DNA of 64,000 nucleotides from Picochlorum sp. SENEW3 (taxonomy: Eukaryota), in contig CP120457.1 in assembly GCA_034226945.1 (NCBI GenBank), positions 186,001 to 250,000 on the forward strand. Reading direction: 5' to 3'. Shown here one piece after another: positions 8,131-16,186 of this stretch; position 1 is the first letter of the stretch, and every line of letters starts with the position of its first letter. Below the pieces are notes generated by a model. That model was given only the letters and a program-made list of their open reading frames with translations. It did not search any database and was not told the origin of the DNA. Position numbers and translations under genes: made by a program.

Positions 8131-10656
8131 ATGCAATTTACGAGAAAATCCTTCTCAAATCTTCAAGCCCTGGAGGATGGTGGTTCGATTGGCGAGCTTC
8201 AGGGTGGAGGACCATTATCATTCGAAGAAGGGAATTCGTATGCGAATGGGTCTCAAGCATCGATGGATAGCGATGTTGGGAAGCGAACAAAAAGGCTGGT
8301 GTTTGTATCGAACCATTTACCTTTGATTATGAAGCGAGATACGATACAAGGCTGGGTGTTTGAATTGGACGAGGATGCCTTGATTGTTCAAGCACGGGAG
8401 GGGTTGCCGGATGATATGAAGGCAGTCTATGTTGGTTGTTTACCGAATGAAGTGGATCCTATGGAGCAGGATGAGGTTGCGTTGATGCTGCAGAAGCAAT
8501 TTGGGTGTTACCCTGTGTTTCTAGGGGCAGAATTGAAGGAGAATTATTATAAAAAGTTTTGCAAGCAGCAGTTGTGGCCGATGATGCATTATCTGATTCC
8601 TTTGAATCCGTTGTCTCTTGGAAGGTTTGATCCGGCGCTGTGGTCGTCGTATGTGAGGGCGAATATGGCGTTTGTGAACAGATTGGTGGAGGTGTTGTCG
8701 TCGCTGGAGAATGATTTCGTGTGGATACATGATTATCATTTGTTGGTGTTACCGTCTTTGTTGAGAAAACGGTTTCATCGGATCAAGTGTGGTTTCTTTT
8801 TGCATTCACCGTTTCCGTCTTCTGAGATTTTTAGGACGTTTCCTCGCAGAGAAGAGGTGTTGCGGTCTCTGTTGAATGCGGATGTGATTGGGTTTCATAC
8901 GTTTGATTATGCGAGGCATTTTTTATCTTGCTGCTCTAGAATGCTGGGGTTGGAGCATAAGACGAGCCGAGGAAGTATTATTGTGGAATATTATGGGAGG
9001 GATGTGGGGATTAAGATTATGCCGACAGGGGTGAATCCAGAGAGGTTGTTGGCGGTGAGGACGTGGTCGGACACGGAGTGGAGGATTGGGGAATTACAGG
9101 CAGAGTATAGAGGTAAAATGATTTTGCTGGGAGTAGATGATATGGATGTGTTTAAAGGTATTGAGCTCAAGTTGGCAGCGTTTCAAGAGGTGTTGATTCA
9201 TCATCCAGAGTGGAGGGGGAAGCTGGTGTTGATTCAGGTGACATCGGCGCCTCGTGCGCCGGGTAAAGATGTGGAGGATTTGCATGCGTATGCCCTGTCG
9301 TTGGTGGAGGCGATTAATACGAGGTTTGGTGAGGATGGATATCAGCCTGTTGTGTGGCTGGAGAGGCCGGTGCCCCTGTATGAGAAGATTGCATTGTATT
9401 CGATAGCTGATGTGGCTGTCGTGACTGCGAGTCGGGATGGTATGAATCTGATGCCGTATGAATATATTGTGTGTCGCCAAGGGCACGAGGAGAAGGAAGA
9501 TGTCAAGCCTAGTATGTTGGTGGTGTCAGAGTTTGTGGGATGCTCTCCATCATTGAGTGGTGCTATTCGAGTCAATCCGTGGAGTATTGAGGCTGTCCGA
9601 GATGCGATTTATGCTTCTATTCGGTTATCTCCATCAGAGAGATTGTTACGTCATGAAAAGCATTGGAAGTATGTTGGGTCGCATACGGTGAAATTCTGGG
9701 CCAAGTCGTATGTGGCTGATTTACAGAGGATGACGCAGAATCACCGGAAGATGCAATGCTTTGATTTAGGATTCGCATTGGACACATTTAGAATGGTTGC
9801 ATTGACGTCTGACTTTAGAAAATTGAATCAGGAGGATGTTTCCAAGGGATACAAGGCGTCCGAGAATAGAGTGCTGCTCCTGGATCATGATGGAACTCTC
9901 GTTCCACAGAGCTCGATTTCAGCCAAGCCTGATGATCACTTGCTGCATGTGTTGACAGATCTTACAAGTGATTCGAAGAATCATGTGTACATCATCTCGG
10001 GAAGGGCTCGTGCAGAGTTGGAGGAGTGGTTTGCATCTGTTCCTCGGTTGGGTTTGGCTGCAGAGCATGGGTTTTACATCAGACATCCGGGAGAAGGAGA
10101 GTGGACTGTTCAGGATCCAGATGCAGAGTTTGGATGGAAGGATATTGTCATGCCGATTCTCGAATTATATACCGAGTCCACGGATGGGAGTCATATTGAA
10201 ACAAAAGAAAGCTCTCTCGTGTGGCACTATGGGAATGCTGATCCAGATTTTGGTTCTTGGCAAGCCAAAGAGTTGCTGGACCATTTAGAGGGTGTTCTGT
10301 TCAATGAGCCAGTTGATGTTGTTCAGGGCCAGACTATTGTGGAAGTCAAGCCTCAGGGTGTCTCAAAGGGAAGGGCAGCAGAGAGGTCAATCGCAATGAC
10401 AAAAGATAAGAGTAGATTTATTCTCTGCATCGGGAATGATAAATCTGATGAAGAGATGTTTTCGTCAATTTTTGCGCACCATCATGAAAATGATTCCGTC
10501 TTTGCGTGCACAGTGGGTCAGAAGCCGTCCAAGGCTCCATATTATGTGAATGACACGTCAGATGTGTTGCAATTACTGGAAAAAATGGTTGGAGATGGAC
10601 AGGATGACCAGCCGCAAAAGGCTCCTCCCACGAAAGAAGTGAAATTCTATATATAA
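8131..10656 (+). CDS. TPS: Class II trehalose-6-phosphate synthase/phosphatase (GT20 plus HAD TPP domain)
   Basis: WIHDYHL, FFLHSPFPS, DGMNL, SEFVGCS, VNPW; TPP motifs DHDGTL and EVKPQGVSKG. Likely start MQFTRKSFSNL at 8131, resembling the plant class II N-terminus (the ORF is open from 8044). Confidence 0.93.
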   Translation: MQFTRKSFSNLQALEDGGSIGELQGGGPLSFEEGNSYANGSQASMDSDVGKRTKRLVFVSNHLPLIMKRDTIQGWVFELDEDALIVQAREGLPDDMKAVYVGCLPNEVDPMEQDEVALMLQKQFGCYPVFLGAELKENYYKKFCKQQLWPMMHYLIPLNPLSLGRFDPALWSSYVRANMAFVNRLVEVLSSLENDFVWIHDYHLLVLPSLLRKRFHRIKCGFFLHSPFPSSEIFRTFPRREEVLRSLLNADVIGFHTFDYARHFLSCCSRMLGLEHKTSRGSIIVEYYGRDVGIKIMPTGVNPERLLAVRTWSDTEWRIGELQAEYRGKMILLGVDDMDVFKGIELKLAAFQEVLIHHPEWRGKLVLIQVTSAPRAPGKDVEDLHAYALSLVEAINTRFGEDGYQPVVWLERPVPLYEKIALYSIADVAVVTASRDGMNLMPYEYIVCRQGHEEKEDVKPSMLVVSEFVGCSPSLSGAIRVNPWSIEAVRDAIYASIRLSPSERLLRHEKHWKYVGSHTVKFWAKSYVADLQRMTQNHRKMQCFDLGFALDTFRMVALTSDFRKLNQEDVSKGYKASENRVLLLDHDGTLVPQSSISAKPDDHLLHVLTDLTSDSKNHVYIISGRARAELEEWFASVPRLGLAAEHGFYIRHPGEGEWTVQDPDAEFGWKDIVMPILELYTESTDGSHIETKESSLVWHYGNADPDFGSWQAKELLDHLEGVLFNEPVDVVQGQTIVEVKPQGVSKGRAAERSIAMTKDKSRFILCIGNDKSDEEMFSSIFAHHHENDSVFACTVGQKPSKAPYYVNDTSDVLQLLEKMVGDGQDDQPQKAPPTKEVKFYI

Positions 10657-10678
10657 TTATTATTATTCTGATCTGATT

Positions 10679-11305
10679 TTAAATGGATGGGTACCCCGAC
10701 AATTTTGTCACGTCAATACCTTTTAAGAATTCTGCATTTTGGATTGCTTCGAGGCCTCTCGGGGCGTCTTCAAAACCAACACAATACTGGGGTGGGACTC
10801 CTAGTAACTCTGCTGCCTTGAGAAACGTCTCTGGATGTGGCTTACCGTGTGTCACCTCGTCCGCTGTCACAATCGCATCGAATAAATCGTCAACCATGGC
10901 TGCCTTCATGGCCTTTTCAACTTGGAGCCTTGTGCCACCAGTGGCAACGGCAATCGGCAAGCCGCGCTTTTTCGCCAGTCTCGCCGTCTCTACCACCATA
11001 GGAATGACTTCAGTTTCATGTGCTAATGATACATAGATCTTTTGTTTCCGTAATGCGGCTGCTTTTGTGTCAATTGTGATTTTCTGTTCTCTGGCCAACT
11101 GCTCCATGATGTGCTCCGATGGTGTGCCAGCCATTGATAACAGCGTCTCCTTTGTCAATTCAAAATTATACTCTATTGATACTTGCTCCCAGGCTTGCCA
11201 ATGATGGTGCATTGTGTGTAAAACAGTGCCGTCCAGGTCGAAGACCATGGCCTTGACTTGATCTGGAATGCCTGGGATGGGATAGTCTTCACTCTCCATA
11301 CTCAA
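10679..11305 (-). CDS. HAD-superfamily subclass IA sugar phosphatase (beta-PGM/YqaB-like)
   Basis: FDLDGT, ATGG, GKPHPETF and FEDAPRG motifs. Confidence 0.88.
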   Translation of the reverse strand: MSMESEDYPIPGIPDQVKAMVFDLDGTVLHTMHHHWQAWEQVSIEYNFELTKETLLSMAGTPSEHIMEQLAREQKITIDTKAAALRKQKIYVSLAHETEVIPMVVETARLAKKRGLPIAVATGGTRLQVEKAMKAAMVDDLFDAIVTADEVTHGKPHPETFLKAAELLGVPPQYCVGFEDAPRGLEAIQNAEFLKGIDVTKLSGYPSI

Positions 11306-11650
11306 TAAATTCCTAATTCTGAATGGGGTTTTTCGATCTATGTATGGCGCTAGGGATTTTCCCGCGCATTAGTGGAAGCACGCCAATGATGCCCTCAGGA
11401 GCAATGGTAGTGGCGGTAGACTGGGCGCCACCACTGCAGGGCAAAATTTGGATTTATATCTCAGAGAGCCCATTGCTGACGTCATCCCCAGAAGAGAGGA
11501 GTAGGGGCTGATGTGGATGAATGCATGCGGGTTTCGCTATAAAGCAGCGACGTAACAGGTTCTTCCAGCTAAAATAACAATATCAAATGCAAAAGAGTGA
11601 GCTTTTTGGTGTCGGACCAGGTTTCTCAGTTCAAACCAGGTTTCTCAGAT

Positions 11651-12841
11651 ATGACCATGACAATGCACCGAGTGCTCCTTCTGCTCTTCTTAGCGCAATG
11701 CGCTCTTGCGAGGCTCAAGCCAATATTCTCATTCTCTGATCAAGAGGACGCTATCGCCTGGAGCAAAGAAGTCCTCAAGCTGAAGGAGCAGTATGACTCC
11801 AACAACGAGGAGGAGGCTCTTGCTGCGAGGAAAGAGGTCGCAACGCTCAGTCGGGAGTGGCGCGAAGAATTTGACGTGAAATGGCCTGAAAAGCTAGTAT
11901 CAGAGAAGTTCAGGATCTTCACGAACAATCTGTGGTATGTGGGGAAGAAGAATATCAGACTGGCAGAGGCAAAGAGTCCTTGGTGGGTGTCACAGGGCAA
12001 GTTTGCTGACCTGACCTTTTCTCAATTCAGGAGAGAATATCTGATTGATGACCTTGTCAGACCGAGGAAAGACATTTTCTTGTACAAATTCAGAATCAGA
12101 ATATTTAGGTGCTTTGACTGGAGGAATCGGGATGTTGTGACTGGTGTCAGGAATCAAGGAGCGTGTGGGTCTTGCTGGGCCTTTGCCGCCATCGCTACCA
12201 TCGAGTCCAGGTACTTGATCGAGAATGGAGAGACTGTGGATGAGAATCCGATCAATTTGTCCGAGCAGCAGTTGGTGGACTGCGTGAGATCACCCAGGAG
12301 GGATTTCAGCAATGACAGGTATGACTCTGTTGGTTGCTCGGGAGGGTACTCCAACGAGGCGATGGAGTATGTTCGCCAGCACAATGTCACCTATGAGTCA
12401 GTCTATCCATACACTGCGTCTAATGGTGAGTGCAATCAAAATCCGCTGGACGGGTCAAGTCCTGCACCAGCTATCGAACTGGGAGGTCCAATTCCAGGAT
12501 GGAGTTACTACTCAGGGGGCAACTCTACCATCATCAAATCGCTGGTCAATGTGGCCCCTGTGGTCAACTACATCAGGGTAGAAGCTGCTTTCCAGTTGTA
12601 CAATGGTGGGGTCATGGATACAGCTTGTGCCAATCAGGGAGTCAATCATGCTACTGCAATCGTTGGGTACTGCTCCAGTCAGCTTTTGTTTGGAAACTTC
12701 AACTATTGGATTGTGAAAAACAGCTGGGGAACTGGTTGGGGAGAAAATGGATTCTATAGAATTCAAACTGTCCGAAATGGGGCAGGTATCTGCCAGAGCC
12801 AATCAAGCATTTTCCAGCCAACAAAGCCAAGGGATGCTTGA
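11651..12841 (+). CDS. Secreted papain-family (C1A) cysteine protease, copy 1
   Basis: Signal peptide, I29-like prodomain (FADLT), QGACGSCWAF, LSEQQLVDC, NHA, VKNSWG. Confidence 0.93.
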   Translation: MTMTMHRVLLLLFLAQCALARLKPIFSFSDQEDAIAWSKEVLKLKEQYDSNNEEEALAARKEVATLSREWREEFDVKWPEKLVSEKFRIFTNNLWYVGKKNIRLAEAKSPWWVSQGKFADLTFSQFRREYLIDDLVRPRKDIFLYKFRIRIFRCFDWRNRDVVTGVRNQGACGSCWAFAAIATIESRYLIENGETVDENPINLSEQQLVDCVRSPRRDFSNDRYDSVGCSGGYSNEAMEYVRQHNVTYESVYPYTASNGECNQNPLDGSSPAPAIELGGPIPGWSYYSGGNSTIIKSLVNVAPVVNYIRVEAAFQLYNGGVMDTACANQGVNHATAIVGYCSSQLLFGNFNYWIVKNSWGTGWGENGFYRIQTVRNGAGICQSQSSIFQPTKPRDA

Positions 12842-13570
12842 TTCAACCAATGCTTCCTTGAATGTAGTGCAAGACAGCAATACATCGAGAGGATTATCAG
12901 AGTTGAAATACCGGATGTTGATGAGATGAAGCACCCAAGAGAGAAATGTTGATGTATATTCTCCGTTGTTTTTTCCCTTTTCTTTTCAGAGAGCACTCGC
13001 TGGAACCAGATGCTTGATTCATTGCGTTACAATCTGCATGCTGGATCCGCCTTTTCTTTGTTCGTGAATATAAAAATTGTGCTTGAAGTGTAAGACTGTA
13101 CGCCTCCAGTGATAGATTTTGCTTTCTCATGCCTACTTATCCACCAGTTCGAGGCCACTTGTGACGGTATGTCGCTGAAACCCAACATTTGAACTGGACA
13201 CTCATTCTTGACATTGGAAATCGTGCCCCAAAGCCCGGAAAGTGATGCGTAGTCATACTGCACTTGCCCTTGTCTGCTATCACTTTTGACTTTGTTTGAC
13301 AGACTGAGAGAATTGTTTGGCCTGCAGGCCTAGGCCTCAGTCATGACTGACCTGTAATCACAGGGCGCCCTCAACCCACCTTAGGATGGTAATCGCGCCT
13401 GTTACTAATTCATCCCCCTGCCTATTCAGCGGACCCTACGTATATGCAAGCGGTTCTTGCCTCGAATCACGATATTCGTTTTCGTATTATTGGAATTAGA
13501 CATATTCAACGCAAAAGTGCAAAGCTTTTGGTGTCGCGCAGTCTTTGTCCTCTGAAACCAACGCTCAGCC

Positions 13571-14755
13571 ATGACAATGCACCGAGTGCTCCTTCTGCTC
13601 TTCTTGGCGCAATGCGCTCTTGCGAGGCTCAAGCCAATATTCTCATTCTCTGATCAAGAGGACGCTATCGCCTGGAGCGAAGACGTCCTCAAGCTGAAGA
13701 AGCAGTATGACTCCAAAAACGAGAAGGAGGCTCTTGCTGCGAGGAAAGAGGTCGCAACGCTCAGTCGGGAGTGGCGCGAAGAATTTGACGTGAAATGGTC
13801 TACAAAATTACTTCAGAAAAAGCTCAAGGTGTTCACGGACAACTTATGGTATGTTGGGGAGAAGAATGTGGAGTTGGCCAAGGCAAAGAGCCCATGGTGG
13901 GTGTCACAGGGCAAGTTTGCAGACCTGACCTTTTCTCAATTCAGGAGAGAATATCTGATTGAAGACCTCAAAGTACCAAAGTTTGACTTTGATCTAGAGG
14001 ACTTGAAGATCAGGTTGTTCAGGTGCTTTGACTGGAGGGATGAAGATGTTGTGACTGCTGTCAGGAATCAAGGAGCATGTGGGTCTTGCTGGGCCTTTGC
14101 CGCCATCGCTACCATCGAGTCGAGGTACTTGATCGAGAATGGAGAGACTGTGGATGAGAATCCGATCAATTTGTCCGAGCAGCAGTTGGTGGACTGCGTG
14201 AGATCACCGAGGAGGGATTTGAACAATGACAGGTATGACTCTGGTGGCTGCACAGGGGGATGGTCCGAGGAGGCCATGGAGTATGTTCGCCAGCATAATG
14301 TCACCTATGAATCCGCCTATCCATATACTGCATCGAATGGTGTTTGCAATCAAAATCCACTGGACGGGTCAAGTCCTGAACCAGCAATGACCTTGGGGGG
14401 TCCAAATCCAGGATGGAGTGGCTATTCAGGGGGCAACTCTACCATCATTAAATCTCTACTTGCTGTATCGCCTGTGGCAAACTACATCAGGGTGGAGAAT
14501 GGTTTCCAGTTGTACAATGGTGGGGTCATGGATACAGCATGTGCAGGTCAGGGCATTAATCATGCTACTGCAATTGTTGGATACTGCAACAGCAAGCTTC
14601 TTTTTGGAAACTTCAACTATTGGATTGTGAAAAACAGCTGGGGAACTCGCTGGGGTGAAGATGGCTATTACAGGATTCAAACTCGGCGAAGCGGGGCAGG
14701 TGTTTGTGAAAGCCAGTCAAGCATTTTCCAGCCAACAATACCTACAGAGGCTTGA
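13571..14755 (+). CDS. Secreted papain-family (C1A) cysteine protease, copy 2 (tandem paralog)
   Basis: Same motifs as copy 1, with long stretches of near-identical nucleotide sequence. Confidence 0.93.
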   Translation: MTMHRVLLLLFLAQCALARLKPIFSFSDQEDAIAWSEDVLKLKKQYDSKNEKEALAARKEVATLSREWREEFDVKWSTKLLQKKLKVFTDNLWYVGEKNVELAKAKSPWWVSQGKFADLTFSQFRREYLIEDLKVPKFDFDLEDLKIRLFRCFDWRDEDVVTAVRNQGACGSCWAFAAIATIESRYLIENGETVDENPINLSEQQLVDCVRSPRRDLNNDRYDSGGCTGGWSEEAMEYVRQHNVTYESAYPYTASNGVCNQNPLDGSSPEPAMTLGGPNPGWSGYSGGNSTIIKSLLAVSPVANYIRVENGFQLYNGGVMDTACAGQGINHATAIVGYCNSKLLFGNFNYWIVKNSWGTRWGEDGYYRIQTRRSGAGVCESQSSIFQPTIPTEA

Positions 14756-15190
14756 TGATATCTTTTTTGGAGCCGTGTATTCTGCACGCCAATGACTTTT
14801 TCTCTCCTGCTCCTTTTCTGTATTTTTCAGGAGTCGAAGAACTTTCAGAGACGCGATGCTCATGTCATTGTTTTGAAGCACTGTCACTGATGAGAGGGAT
14901 CATCTTTGTTTGAATAGGCTAGTAGGTGACACCAGATGCTTGATCCATTGCCTCATGATTGGCATCTGTCTCATTCTATTCCTCTATGCGTTTCTCGGAT
15001 TGAATAGATTGCATTTCTCTATTGATAATATAATTTAAAAGATGTGATTTCACATTGCCTTTCTAGGCAACTTGATGATACCAGCAGGTGTGTTATGACC
15101 ACATGTAGCATGTGGAACTAATTCTGAGTACAAGAATTGCACACTGACTGAATACATCCAAGGCAAATGTTTGAAGTGAAGCGAGGAGAC

Positions 15191-15208
15191 AAAAAAAGCT
15201 AAAGAAAA
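15191..15208 (-). terminator. Pol III oligo(dT) terminator of the permuted tRNA gene
   Basis: TTTTCTTTAGCTTTTTTT on the minus strand right after the 5' half. Confidence 0.7.
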
Positions 15209-15211
15209 GTA

Positions 15212-15297
15212 TGGCAAGCGGACGTAATAGCCGTTATACCACTGGAGCTCAGAAGTTAGATCTGCTCCAGCCCGGAGTCGAACCGGGGTATCCCGCT
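15212..15297 (-). tRNA. trnG-GCC: Circularly permuted tRNA-Gly(GCC): 3' half 15297-15263, 14-nt spacer, 5' half 15248-15212
   Basis: 3' half A GCGGG ATAC CCCGG TTCGACT CCGGG CTGGAGC A precedes 5' half GCTCCAG TG GTATAACGGCTATTAC G TCCGC TT GCC A. Reassembly gives a 72-nt cloverleaf with a perfect 7-bp acceptor stem. Oligo-T tracts follow. Confidence 0.92.
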
Positions 15298-15627
15298 ATT
15301 TACTAAGTTGACAATCAGTTGTAAGAGAGGAATTTCCTATTCTATATGTAGCGTATGATTACATTATGACAACCTTTTGGCCCCCCGTTTCGGGCCATTC
15401 ATGGGTAGAAATGATGACATCAAACTTATCAATGAGTTCTATATCATCCAAAATGGTACCTGAGATGGTAGAGACACTAGAAACTACGAAAGAACGCGAA
15501 GCAGCTTTGGAAGTTCTGTACTACTCATTCACCTGATCGATTAGGTATGGATATACATGCGAAAGAATTCGAGATTCTTTACATTGGTATGAAATTAAAT
15601 CCGGGCATCATGAAAGGCAATCAACAA

Positions 15628-16107
15628 TCAAAAGAAACAAGCACCTCCACCCTGGTGCTCCAAGGCCAACAGCACTGCCCACGCCAGCATGGCTGCCCGC
15701 CCATTCACCTTCTCAGCTCGAACCGACATAAATCCGAAATCTTCGTCCTTAACATTCTTCAGAATCGGTATCATCGACGCCCAAATCATCAAGCAGCAAA
15801 GGGCAACGTAGCCATAGTTGGGATTCAAGAACTGCTCAACTATGGATTCAGAGGTTTCCATCTCCCGCAACGCCATGGGAAAAAACATAAGCATGGATAA
15901 TCTGCAGTTGATACGTTCCGGAGCGGGGCCAAATACTCCCATGGCTTCAAACAGTGACAACTTGTTTCTAGGTACCACGACGGAGCCAGTCGTGCCTGTG
16001 GTGCCATTGGAAGCTTTGGTCCTCATATTTTGTAATCTCACTAAATTTGGTACAGATTGTGTGGACCGGATCGGCAATGTGCGCAATCCTTGTGCCAACG
16101 ACGACAT
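15628..16107 (-). CDS. ELIP-like / LHC-superfamily stress protein
   Basis: Two LHC motifs (PERINCRLSML, AEKVNGRAAML) after a transit-peptide-like N-terminus. Likely start MSSLAQ at 16107. Confidence 0.85.
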   Translation of the reverse strand: MSSLAQGLRTLPIRSTQSVPNLVRLQNMRTKASNGTTGTTGSVVVPRNKLSLFEAMGVFGPAPERINCRLSMLMFFPMALREMETSESIVEQFLNPNYGYVALCCLMIWASMIPILKNVKDEDFGFMSVRAEKVNGRAAMLAWAVLLALEHQGGGACFF

Positions 16108-16186
16108 TGCTAAACTTTCTAAGTGCTGTATAATATGCTCTATATGCGTGTATACGATGGTATTCTTACCATATGAAATGCTATAA

